Shown here: piece after piece, positions 23,285 through 36,022 of the stretch
How positions within the stretch are numbered: the stretch's first letter is position 1
How the letters are laid out: the number at the start of each line of letters is the position of its first letter
DNA from: Eledone cirrhosa
Taxonomy: Eukaryota
DNA: 64,000 bases
NCBI GenBank assembly: GCA_964016885.1
Contig: OZ024740.1
Coordinates: 157,356,001 to 157,420,000 of the forward strand
Reading direction: 5' to 3'
Position numbers and translations under genes: made by a program
Notes under the pieces: generated by a model
What the model was told of the DNA's origin: nothing
Databases searched by the model: none
The model's input: the letters and a program-made list of their open reading frames with translations, nothing else

Positions 23285-23320
23285 TCTTTCGATGAAGGTC
23301 TAATGTCCGAAACGTTAAGA
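23285..23320 (+). ncRNA. Variant minimal hammerhead-like motif (also at 28412-28447 and 33551-33586)
   Basis: UCUU-UCGAUGA-AGG ucuaaugu CC-GAAA-CG-UU-AAGA; palindromic AACGUU stem III but a non-canonical core start. Confidence 0.5.
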
Positions 23321-23411
23321 CACTTTTCCTTCTCTATCAGCCATTTAACTAATATATATCATCTTTGTACTGTATTCTCCCATGTTTTTCGTTGATGACT
23401 TTTCTCCTACA

Positions 23412-23675
23412 CATCATCATCATCATCGTTTAACGTCCATCTTCCACGCTTGCATGGGTTTGGACGGGAGTTTTCCCACTTGAGGCAAGATTGGTTGTCT
23501 TGCTCGTATAGGACTATCGGGTGGGTTTTCTACGGCTGGATTCCCTTCCTAACACCAACCACGTTTACAGTGTGGACTGGGAGGTTTTTACCGTGTTACC
23601 TACACGGCCACATTACAGCGTGGACTGTGTTTTTTTTTTTGTCGTGACACCTACACGACCTCATTTGTTTCGGAC
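23412..23675 (-). mobile_element. RTE LINE 3' UTR with (GAT)n tail (repeated in each tandem unit)
   Basis: Reverse complement of 49640-49890. Confidence 0.85.
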
Positions 23676-23699
23676 TACACACACATATATATATATATA

Positions 23700-25133
23700 G
23701 GGCGGGTAAAATTCCCGAGATCCATGGACGAGTTCTCTCCAACGGTCTCCGTCCTTTATCATCACCACCATGTATGTATTTCCCAGAGACGAGTGTCTGT
23801 CCTTAGTGCATCAATATATGTCATCCTCGGTCTCCCTCTTTTAGTGTGTCCTTGTAGGAGCTCCCACAGGACTATTGTGTGCAGTGTCAACTCTGAATGT
23901 CGGTGAACATGTCCAGCTAACCTCAGTCTCCTCTGTGTTACTTTCAAACTGACTTTTAGGACGCTCACATACAGCTCTGAGTTCTTCATCCTCAGTGTAT
24001 ACTGATTAATGTTCAGAGCCATCTTCAGCATTCTCGTATAGCACCCATCCACTATCTGAGTGAGTCTCTTGGTCAGTGTTCAAGTCTCAGACCCGTACAG
24101 CAGCACAGACTCCACTGTAGCGACAAAGAGACGGATTTTCAGGTCTTTACAAAGGTCCAACTCAATCAATCTGTGACACTCTGCCTAGGCTTTGCTCTTC
24201 CTCTCCACCACATCATCGTCAATATTCCCAATCGTTGCTCCCAGATACAGGAAGTCCTCAACCAACTCTAGTGGTTTCCCCGCCTAATTCATAATCTTCA
24301 CTGTCTTAATGTTCTCTAACAGATACTTCATCTTACTCTCATTCATTCTCAGCCCCACACTCATCAACACTGTCTATGCCTCCTTCACTGTGTTTGTCAC
24401 CAGAACTATGTCATCAGCAAAGTCAGCATTTGATATTTTTTTAGCCTTAACTCTTCTGCTCTGAGCCAGTGCTACAGTAAAGCCCAAGCCTTGGTGTTTC
24501 TCCAGTGTAAGGTGCAGACAATAGTCCACTGCGATGATAAAAAGTTAGGGAGCCAATGTATCTCCCTGGAGCACTCCAGCCAGTATCTCAAAGAACTCTC
24601 TCATCCCGTCAAGAGTAATGACTTGGACTCTGGTGTTGGTGTAAAGCAGTGATATCAATTCCACTATCTTCTTGGGGGATCCATAAGCCAGTAAGATCTT
24701 GATCAGTGAGTGACGGTCCACAGAATCAAAGGCCTTCCGAAAGTCAATGAAAACCATGACAGCAGGAAGGCTCTTTGCTCTGGCTCGCTCTAATAGCCGC
24801 CTCAGCATCAGAATGTGACTGGTGATTGGTCTTCCCTCTCTGAAGCCGTTCTGGTTGTCTCTGAGCTTCTTCTCCATCTCGGGCTGGATTCTGTTAAGAA
24901 CGATCCTGTTGAGGGTCTTTGCCACAAGTGACGTCAGTGAGTTTCCCCTGTAGTTGTTGGTGTTAGAGATATCTTCCTTTTTTGTACTGGGGTGATGATA
25001 CTGATCTGCCACTGATCCAGGGCAACTCCTTTCTCCAGTATCTGGTTACAGAACTCCAGGATGATATCATCAAAATCACACCTCTTCATCACCTCTGATG
25101 CCACTCCATCTTGTCCATAGGCCTTCCCCCTCC
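23700..25133 (-). mobile_element. RTE-like LINE RT remnant, copy 1
   Basis: NYRG.SL, QNGFR, FIDFRKAFDSV, GVLQGDTLAP, DGCYTRML, RRLRLAGH, RGRP. Confidence 0.85.
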
Positions 25134-25654
25134 GTCGTCGTCGTCGTCGAAGAAGAAGAAGAAGAAGAAGAAGAAGAAGGTAGCGGCGGCGGCGGCGGCT
25201 CTCCCCTTCTACCGAGAGAGGAACTTGTTCCATATAACGTTACTGGTGATATTTGATAGGAAATCTTTGCTGGAATTGTTCTCCACGCAATACAATGCCT
25301 ATATCAATAAATATCAACACCTATTTTTTACCTCCGTACAATTGGGTAAGTATTCCACAGAAACGAGTACACTTAACGTGGGGATTCAGTGTGAGACAGT
25401 ATGTACGATATTTGTCTTTTAATCTCAATTTATTAACCATTTAATTTGATAACGTCCCACTTTCAGATTTCCTTTTTGCCTGCTTTCTACCTAGCCTTAT
25501 TTCATACACATTCCTTAGAATTTGCTGTAGATTAAATAGTAGAGTGGGATAATAATGGGATGGCTCAAACGACATGCAAAAGTACCTGAAATATTGGCAT
25601 ATATTCTTCATTGACCATACTTAAATATGGAATGATACGCGATCCCCCCCCCCC

Positions 25655-26265
25655 TCTCTCCCAACAGCCCCGGGCGTACACGATGGAGAAGGCGTTTCCC
25701 CGGAGGACGGCAAGGGAGACGCGCTGGAAAAGCCACTCCAACTCGCGGGGCTCACACCTGCGGCTGGCCAACACAGCGCCTATAGTGGTGAGTAGGGAGG
25801 TAGCCCTAGGGTCGAGGACACCAGAAGTCTCCACTGCCAGAGGTACAACCGCAAACCTGTCGGAGAGCGACCGGTATTTGAGGAGTTTGGTCTCATCAGC
25901 CCGACATGCAGCAAAACCTGGGTTAGTCGCAGACTGCACCAGGTTGTGGCTGTAGAAAGAGTCGGCGCAAGTGGCATCTCAGACGAGGGGTTTGCCACCG
26001 CGAAACGGGAAGATGGTCATGCCATCTGGCCTTTTGCCGTCTCCTCGGTCCAGCCCCACCGGCTCGAGCTGGGAAGGGAAGCCTGCAGCGTCCAAGCCAT
26101 GCTTTATGACCTCGTTCAGGGCAGCATGGCGTGGAAGGCGGCTGGCACTGTGGCGACAGGAAAGCGGGTGGAGGCCGAAAGAGTCCACGCTGGATCCGCA
26201 GCGACATTGGTGTGGCTCGCAGATCCGGAAGCCAAGCCTCAAGGCTGGTAGTTTGTAATACAGGC
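25655..26265 (-). mobile_element. CRE-clade LINE fragment, copy 2
   Basis: Same motifs as 20190-20800. Confidence 0.85.
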
Positions 26266-26294
26266 ACATCTCATTTATTATCGACTGAGCTTGA

Positions 26295-26700
26295 GCAATC
26301 AATTAATCCATGCTCATCAGTTCATTGGCCGGCAGATGTTACACCCTCACTGATATCTCATCGGGTAAGTCATTCACGAACACCAGCCGTACAGCCTTTT
26401 CCATACCTTCACCTGTAAATCCAGACAGTGTGACCACCTCACCTTTCCTAGTTTGGCAAATGCAGCGTACGACCCATCTGTGAACGAGTCCCTTAGGTGC
26501 CATTCAATCTTCTCTGCGTCCAGTTGGTCTGCTTCATCCATCTTGAGGTACAACGCCGATGCATTTTCCTCCAAGTACAATGCCATGAGACCTACCACAC
26601 TTTTTATACCTTGCAACCTGGTCATCACCTTGATCTTTCGAATCCAGGCTATTACATCTCCCTCACTACAGAAGAGTTTGATGGCATCACTACTTTGTCG
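26295..26700 (-). mobile_element. gag-like fragment, copy 2 (no solo LTR)
   Basis: ORF 26374-26766. Confidence 0.65.
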
Positions 26701-28300
26701 ACATATTGTCTGTGGGCCAGAGAAGAGAGACATGTCGAAATAGCTTGTAGTAAGGGAAAAAAACACTGCTCACCTACCTCGCGGTTCGTCTCTTGTCGTT
26801 CGTTTTGTCCAGATGGGGTATACCCGTTTGTGCTCTACCTGCCTAATTTCTGGCCAGAACCTAACAACATATATATAGCGAAGACACGCGGCAAAACATG
26901 TCTGTTGGACACGACAGTCCGAAACGGAGAGACAGACCACATCGGTCCTACTTTCCCTTACGTGACGTCATTCGCCCTTATTCTTCTGGCAAAGCCATCC
27001 AGCCCCATGACGTCACTGACCTTTATACTTCTTTGAAAATGGTTAAACGATATAAATGTTACTTATTGGTGTATTAACTGGGTACTCAATCGCTGTAATG
27101 AAATACCAAAACAAGACTGAAACTAATCTGGTTGATCCCTCTCTTTGTGTCCGTGAAGACATTGTATATACTAACTAGGTGTTTACATCAGTCTATACAT
27201 ACATTATTGGGGAAAAGTCTTTGGATTTACTTTATAGTACAATATTGCATGGGCGCAAAACACTATTATCGTACCAGTGGTAAGAAACTCTCAGGAGAGC
27301 TGGACAGCATAAGGTCTTTATTGTAAATTCGAAAGGGCCTGGAGCTTCAACTGTTATGGGAACTACCTTGGGTGTCCCTTGGGGATTAGTGGCTCTGAAC
27401 GTTAAGTTTCATAACAACTTTCCTTGCTCTCATTGGTATGGTGATTAATATTTTAGTTCCAAAGCTGGCTAATATCTTCCTTACCGAGTATTGTTGTATG
27501 AAACTGACAAACATAATAAGAACTTGTTGATCGGGCAAAAACTGTTGTCTAAGATTAAAAGGGATCGATTTTCACAGTATTACCACTCAATTATTATTAA
27601 AGGTTTGTTTTGTCTATTGAGTCTTGCGTTAACTGCTGATTCTCTTTTTCTGTATTGGGTTCTATAATGCTGCTGAATAAATTTGTTTGGAACATGTTTT
27701 GTACATTATAATATTCATATAACTTGACGACGTTGAAATCGAGGCTGACAAGCCTCGTTTTGATTTCGTGCTTGCGCTAAAATTCTTCTTCCGGTCAGAC
27801 ATGTTTGCAATTTGTGACATACAAGCGCTAACTGATTCCAAGTAAAATTAATTACATAAACAAATTTAACTAAGGCATTTAATTAATAAATTAAAATAAT
27901 AATTTAAAAAAAAAAAAAAATCTGTCGTCTGCGTCAACATCATACACATTGGAGACTCAGGAACGATGTTTCCCAACAGGAAGTAAGTGACATATTTAAT
28001 CTCTCTACTGAATTCACGAATTAACTCCAGCTAATCTCTTTCTGAAAATTCTCCATTTCACACTAATATTCATGTTGCTTTGCATATTTTATTTCCTAGA
28101 CGTTTTATATATGTATGTGTCTTTGTTCGACAGCAGCACTACTAACACAGCGTGATTTAGAATTATAAACTTGCTAAATACTACTATTTTGGGATCGAAA
28201 TGTTTCTTATATATATAAGAAACACACACACATATATATGTGTGTCTGTGTGGCTGTTATATAATATTTCTTTTGTGTGTATGTATTTATATATATATAA

Positions 28301-28333
<33 letters not shown>

Positions 28334-28826
28334 ACTACACGTGTCTCCTCCAAGAAACAAATTTCTTCCGTTTTCTTTTACACTCGTCTATCTCTTTCTT
28401 CTCTCTCTCTCTCTTTCGATGAAGGTCTAATGTCCGAAACGTTAAGACACTTTTCCTTCTCTATCAGCCATTTAACTAATATATATCATCTTTGTACTGT
28501 ATTCTCCCATGTTTTTCGTTGATGACTTTTCTCCTACACATCATCATCATCATCGTTTAACGTCCATCTTCCACGCTTGCATGGGTTTGGACGGGAGTTT
28601 TCCCACTTGAGGCAAGATTGGTTGTCTTGCTCGTATAGGACTATCGGGTGGGTTTTCTACGGCTGGATTCCCTTCCTAACACCAACCACGTTTACAGTGT
28701 GGACTGGGAGGTTTTTACCGTGTTACCTACACGGCCACATTACAGCGTGGACTGTGTTTTTTTTTTTGTCGTGACACCTACACGACCTCATTTGTTTCGG
28801 ACTACACACACATATATATATATATA

Positions 28827-30260
28827 GGGCGGGTAAAATTCCCGAGATCCATGGACGAGTTCTCTCCAACGGTCTCCGTCCTTTATCATCACCACCATGT
28901 ATGTATTTCCCAGAGACGAGTGTCTGTCCTTAGTGCATCAATATATGTCATCCTCGGTCTCCCTCTTTTAGTGTGTCCTTGTAGGAGCTCCCACAGGACT
29001 ATTGTGTGCAGTGTCAACTCTGAATGTCGGTGAACATGTCCAGCTAACCTCAGTCTCCTCTGTGTTACTTTCAAACTGACTTTTAGGACGCTCACATACA
29101 GCTCTGAGTTCTTCATCCTCAGTGTATACTGATTAATGTTCAGAGCCATCTTCAGCATTCTCGTATAGCACCCATCCACTATCTGAGTGAGTCTCTTGGT
29201 CAGTGTTCAAGTCTCAGACCCGTACAGCAGCACAGACTCCACTGTAGCGACAAAGAGACGGATTTTCAGGTCTTTACAAAGGTCCAACTCAATCAATCTG
29301 TGACACTCTGCCTAGGCTTTGCTCTTCCTCTCCACCACATCATCGTCAATATTCCCAATCGTTGCTCCCAGATACAGGAAGTCCTCAACCAACTCTAGTG
29401 GTTTCCCCGCCTAATTCATAATCTTCACTGTCTTAATGTTCTCTAACAGATACTTCATCTTACTCTCATTCATTCTCAGCCCCACACTCATCAACACTGT
29501 CTATGCCTCCTTCACTGTGTTTGTCACCAGAACTATGTCATCAGCAAAGTCAGCATTTGATATTTTTTTAGCCTTAACTCTTCTGCTCTGAGCCAGTGCT
29601 ACAGTAAAGCCCAAGCCTTGGTGTTTCTCCAGTGTAAGGTGCAGACAATAGTCCACTGCGATGATAAAAAGTTAGGGAGCCAATGTATCTCCCTGGAGCA
29701 CTCCAGCCAGTATCTCAAAGAACTCTCTCATCCCGTCAAGAGTAATGACTTGGACTCTGGTGTTGGTGTAAAGCAGTGATATCAATTCCACTATCTTCTT
29801 GGGGGATCCATAAGCCAGTAAGATCTTGATCAGTGAGTGACGGTCCACAGAATCAAAGGCCTTCCGAAAGTCAATGAAAACCATGACAGCAGGAAGGCTC
29901 TTTGCTCTGGCTCGCTCTAATAGCCGCCTCAGCATCAGAATGTGACTGGTGATTGGTCTTCCCTCTCTGAAGCCGTTCTGGTTGTCTCTGAGCTTCTTCT
30001 CCATCTCGGGCTGGATTCTGTTAAGAACGATCCTGTTGAGGGTCTTTGCCACAAGTGACGTCAGTGAGTTTCCCCTGTAGTTGTTGGTGTTAGAGATATC
30101 TTCCTTTTTTGTACTGGGGTGATGATACTGATCTGCCACTGATCCAGGGCAACTCCTTTCTCCAGTATCTGGTTACAGAACTCCAGGATGATATCATCAA
30201 AATCACACCTCTTCATCACCTCTGATGCCACTCCATCTTGTCCATAGGCCTTCCCCCTCC
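28827..30260 (-). mobile_element. RTE-like LINE RT remnant, copy 2
   Basis: Near-identical to 23700-25133. Confidence 0.85.
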
Positions 30261-30777
30261 GTCGTCGTCGTCGTCGAAGAAGAAGAAGAAGAAGAAGAAG
30301 AAGGTAGCGGCGGCGGCGGCGGCTCTCCCCTTCTACCGAGAGAGGAACTTGTTCCATATAACGTTACTGGTGATATTTGATAGGAAATCTTTGCTGGAAT
30401 TGTTCTCCACGCAATACAATGCCTATATCAATAAATATCAACACCTATTTTTTACCTCCGTACAATTGGGTAAGTATTCCACAGAAACGAGTACACTTAA
30501 CGTGGGGATTCAGTGTGAGACAGTATGTACGATATTTGTCTTTTAATCTCAATTTATTAACCATTTAATTTGATAACGTCCCACTTTCAGATTTCCTTTT
30601 TGCCTGCTTTCTACCTAGCCTTATTTCATACACATTCCTTAGAATTTGCTGTAGATTAAATAGTAGAGTGGGATAATAATGGGATGGCTCAAACGACATG
30701 CAAAAGTACCTGAAATATTGGCATATATTCTTCATTGACCATACTTAAATATGGAATGATACGCGATCCCCCCCCCC

Positions 30778-31388
30778 TCTCTCCCAACAGCCCCGGGCGT
30801 ACACGATGGAGAAGGCGTTTCCCCGGAGGACGGCAAGGGAGACGCGCTGGAAAAGCCACTCCAACTCGCGGGGCTCACACCTGCGGCTGGCCAACACAGC
30901 GCCTATAGTGGTGAGTAGGGAGGTAGCCCTAGGGTCGAGGACACCAGAAGTCTCCACTGCCAGAGGTACAACCGCAAACCTGTCGGAGAGCGACCGGTAT
31001 TTGAGGAGTTTGGTCTCATCAGCCCGACATGCAGCAAAACCTGGGTTAGTCGCAGACTGCACCAGGTTGTGGCTGTAGAAAGAGTCGGCGCAAGTGGCAT
31101 CTCAGACGAGGGGTTTGCCACCGCGAAACGGGAAGATGGTCATGCCATCTGGCCTTTTGCCGTCTCCTCGGTCCAGCCCCACCGGCTCGAGCTGGGAAGG
31201 GAAGCCTGCAGCGTCCAAGCCATGCTTTATGACCTCGTTCAGGGCAGCATGGCGTGGAAGGCGGCTGGCACTGTGGCGACAGGAAAGCGGGTGGAGGCCG
31301 AAAGAGTCCACGCTGGATCCGCAGCGACATTGGTGTGGCTCGCAGATCCGGAAGCCAAGCCTCAAGGCTGGTAGTTTGTAATACAGGC
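30778..31388 (-). mobile_element. CRE-clade LINE fragment, copy 3
   Basis: Near-identical to copy 2. Confidence 0.85.
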
Positions 31389-31417
31389 ACATCTCATTTA
31401 TTATCGACTGAGCTTGA

Positions 31418-31823
31418 GCAATCAATTAATCCATGCTCATCAGTTCATTGGCCGGCAGATGTTACACCCTCACTGATATCTCATCGGGTAAGTCATTCAC
31501 GAACACCAGCCGTACAGCCTTTTCCATACCTTCACCTGTAAATCCAGACAGTGTGACCACCTCACCTTTCCTAGTTTGGCAAATGCAGCGTACGACCCAT
31601 CTGTGAACGAGTCCCTTAGGTGCCATTCAATCTTCTCTGCGTCCAGTTGGTCTGCTTCATCCATCTTGAGGTACAACGCCGATGCATTTTCCTCCAAGTA
31701 CAATGCCATGAGACCTACCACACTTTTTATACCTTGCAACCTGGTCATCACCTTGATCTTTCGAATCCAGGCTATTACATCTCCCTCACTACAGAAGAGT
31801 TTGATGGCATCACTACTTTGTCG
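31418..31823 (-). mobile_element. gag-like fragment, copy 3
   Basis: ORF 31497-31889. Confidence 0.65.
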
Positions 31824-33422
31824 ACATATTGTCTGTGGGCCAGAGAAGAGAGACATGTCGAAATAGCTTGTAGTAAGGGAAAAAAACACTGCTCACCTAC
31901 CTCGCGGTTCGTCTCTTGTCGTTCGTTTTGTCCAGATGGGGTATACCCGTTTGTGCTCTACCTGCCTAATTTCTGGCCAGAACCTAACAACATATATATA
32001 GCGAAGACACGCGGCAAAACATGTCTGTTGGACACGACAGTCCGAAACGGAGAGACAGACCACATCGGTCCTACTTTCCCTTACGTGACGTCATTCGCCC
32101 TTATTCTTCTGGCAAAGCCATCCAGCCCCATGACGTCACTGACCTTTATACTTCTTTGAAAATGGTTAAACGATATAAATGTTACTTATTGGTGTATTAA
32201 CTGGGTACTCAATCGCTGTAATGAAATACCAAAACAAGACTGAAACTAATCTGGTTGATCCCTCTCTTTGTGTCCGTGAAGACATTGTATATACTAACTA
32301 GGTGTTTACATCAGTCTATACATACATTATTGGGGAAAAGTCTTTGGATTTACTTTATAGTACAATATTGCATGGGCGCAAAACACTATTATCGTACCAG
32401 TGGTAAGAAACTCTCAGGAGAGCTGGACAGCATAAGGTCTTTATTGTAAATTCGAAAGGGCCTGGAGCTTCAACTGTTATGGGAACTACCTTGGGTGTCC
32501 CTTGGGGATTAGTGGCTCTGAACGTTAAGTTTCATAACAACTTTCCTTGCTCTCATTGGTATGGTGATTAATATTTTAGTTCCAAAGCTGGCTAATATCT
32601 TCCTTACCGAGTATTGTTGTATGAAACTGACAAACATAATAAGAACTTGTTGATCGGGCAAAAACTGTTGTCTAAGATTAAAAGGGATCGATTTTCACAG
32701 TATTACCACTCAATTATTATTAAAGGTTTGTTTTGTCTATTGAGTCTTGCGTTAACTGCTGATTCTCTTTTTCTGTATTGGGTTCTATAATGCTGCTGAA
32801 TAAATTTGTTTGGAACATGTTTTGTACATTATAATATTCATATAACTTGACGACGTTGAAATCGAGGCTGACAAGCCTCGTTTTGATTTCGTGCTTGCGC
32901 TAAAATTCTTCTTCCGGTCAGACATGTTTGCAATTTGTGACATACAAGCGCTAACTGATTCCAAGTAAAATTAATTACATAAACAAATTTAACTAAGGCA
33001 TTTAATTAATAAATTAAAATAATAATTTAAAAAAAAAAAAAAATCTGTCGTCTGCGTCAACATCATACACATTGGAGACTCAGGAACGATGTTTCCCAAC
33101 AGGAAGTAAGTGACATATTTAATCTCTCTACTGAATTCACGAATTAACTCCAGTTAATCTCTTTCTGAAAATTCTCCATTTCACACTAATATTCATGTTG
33201 CTTTGCATTTTTTATTTCCTAGACGTTTTATATATGTATGTGTCTTTGTTCGACAGCAGCACTACTAACACAGCGTGATTTAGAATTATAAACTTGCTAA
33301 ATACTACTATTTGGGGATCGAAATGTTTCTTTTATATATAAGAAACACACACACATATATATGTGTGTGTGTGGCTGTTATATAATATTTCTTTTGTGTG
33401 TGTGTATTTATATATATATAAC

Positions 33423-33471
<49 letters not shown>

Positions 33472-33962
33472 CTACACGTGTCTCCTCCAAGAATCAAATT
33501 TCTTCCGTTTTCTTTTACACTCGTCTATCTCTTTCTTCTCTCTCTCTCTCTCTTTCGATGAAGGTCTAATGTCCGAAACGTTAAGACACTTTTCTTTCTC
33601 TATCAACCATTTAACTAATATATATCATCTTTGTACTGTATTCTCCCACGTTTTTCGTTGATGACTTTTCTCTTACACATCATCATCATCATCGTTTAAC
33701 GTCCATCTTCCACGCTTGCATAGGTTTGGACGGGAGTTTTCCCACTTGAAGCAAGATTGGTTGTCTTGCTCGTATAGGACTGTCTGGCGGGTTTTCTACG
33801 GCTGGATTCCCTTCCTAACACCAACCACGTTTACAGTGTGGACTGGGAGGTTTTTACCGTGTTACCTACACGGCCACATTACAGCATGGACTGTGTTTTT
33901 TTTTTGTCGTGACACCTACACGACCTCATTTGTTTTGGACTACACACACATATATATATATA

Positions 33963-35420
33963 GGGCGGGTAAAATTCCCCGAGATCCATGGACGAGTTCT
34001 CTCCAGCGGTCTCCGTCCTTTATCATCGCCACCATGTATGTATTTCCCAGAGACGAGTGTCTGTCCTTAGTGCATCAATATATGTCATCCTCGGTCTCCC
34101 TCTTTTAGTGTGTCCTTGTAGGAGCTCCCACAGGACTATTGTGTGCAGTGTCAACTCTGAATGTCGGTGAACATGTCCAGCTAACCTCAGTCTCCTCTGT
34201 GTTACTTTCAAACTGACTTTTAGGAGGTTCACATACAGCTCTGAGTTCTTCATCCTCAGTGTATACTGATTAATGTTCAGAGCCATCTTCAGCATTCTCG
34301 TATAGCACCCATCCACTATCTGAGTGAGTCTCTTGGTCAGTGTTCAAGTCTCAGACCCGTACAGCAGCACAGACTCCACTGTAGCGACAAAGAGACGGAT
34401 CTTCAGGTCTTTACAAAGGTCCAACTTCCACACCAATCTCAAACTGTGACACTCTGCCTAGGCTTTGCTCTTCCTCTCCACCACATCATCGTCAATATTC
34501 CCAATCGTTGCTCCCAGATACAGGAAGTCCTCAACCAACTCTAGTGGTTTCCCCGCCTAATTCATAATCTTCACTGTCTTCTTAATGTTCTCTAACAGAT
34601 ACTTCATCTTACTCTCATTCATTCTCAGCCCCACACTCATCAACACTGTCTATGCCTCCTTCACTGTGTTTGTCACCAGAACTATGTCATCAGCAAAGTC
34701 AGCATTTGATATTTTTTTAAGGCTTAACTCTCCTGCTCTGAGCCAGTGCTACACTAAAGCCCAAGTCTTGGTGTTTCTCCAGTGTAAGGTGCAGACAATA
34801 GTCCACTGCGATGATAAAAAGTTAGGGAGCCAATGTATCTCCCTGGAGCACTCCAGCCAGTATCTCAAAGAACTCTCTCATCCCGTCAAGAGTAATGACT
34901 TGGACTCTGGTGTTGGTGTAAAGCAGTGATATCAATTCCACTATCTTCTTGGGGGATCCATAAGCCTGTAAGATCTTGATCAGAGAGTGACGGTCCACAG
35001 AATCAAAGGCCTTCCGAAAGTCAATGAAAACCATGACAGCAGGAAGGCTCTTTGCTCTGGCTCGCTCTAATAGCCGCCTCAGCATCAGAATGTGACTGGT
35101 GGTCTCTCTGAAGCCGTTCTGGTTGTCTCTGAGCTTCTTCTCCATCTCGGGCTGGATTCTGTTAAGAACGATCCTGTTGAGGGTCTTTGCCACAAGTGAC
35201 GTCAGTGAGATCCCCCTGTAGTTTTGGTGTTAGAGAGATCTTCCTTTTTTTGTACTGGGGTGATGATACTGATCTGCCACTGATCCAGGGCAACTCCTTT
35301 CTCCAGTATCTGGTTACAGAACTCCAGGATGATATCATCAAAATCACACCTCTTCATCACCTCTGATGCCACTCCATCTTGTCCATAGGCCTTCCCCCTC
35401 CTTGATCTGAGTTTCAGACT
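33963..35420 (-). mobile_element. RTE-like LINE RT remnant, copy 3 (diverged; continues past the array end)
   Basis: ORFs 34023-34316 and 34822-35193. Confidence 0.85.
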
Positions 35421-35529
35421 CAGGAAAAACTCTTGAATCTATTCTATAGAAGACAAGTAGTAAAAGGATGCAATCGAGAATTTTTCTGTCACCTATGGTT
35501 TTCTTACAGAAGCATATGTATTTATCAAT

Positions 35530-35870
35530 AATAATGGTTTATGATTTAGGCACAAGGCCAGCAATTTTAGGGGAGGGGAAAGCCGATTAAATTGACACCA
35601 GTGCCTGACTGGTACTTTATTTTATTGACTCCGAAAGGATGAAAGGCAAAGCTAACCTCGGCAGGATTTGAATTCACAATGTAAAGAACCATAATTCTAT
35701 GCTGCGAAGCAGGGCGTCCGATGCTCTACCAATTCTGCCAATTCACTGCCCTGTGCTTATCAATAATAATAATTAAAATAAAGTACCAGCCAAGCACTGG
35801 GGTCGATTTTAATCGACTTTACCCACCCACAAAATTGCTGGCCTTGTGCTTATATAAGAAACCAATAATA
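35530..35870. mobile_element. tRNA-derived SINE (minus, 35530-35755) plus a SINE tail (plus)
   Basis: SINE core and tail, with A/B-box-like head on the minus strand. Confidence 0.8.
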
Positions 35871-36022
35871 ATATAAATGATAATGTCTAATTATCAAAAC
35901 TGATTAACCATCAAATAAAAATAGATGCTGATTATCTGCTGATTAATTGGAGTGAACCTGGGGATGAGGAAGTAAAGATACAGCAGCCTTGTTCATCTTA
36001 TGTAACTGTGTGTATTTTCTGC

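Larger units (their letters stand above)
19484..35401 (+). repeat. Tandem triplication of a ~5.12-kb unit
   Basis: Identical ORFs recur at offsets of 5127 and 5123; units start at about 19484, 25134 and 30261. Confidence 0.95.
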
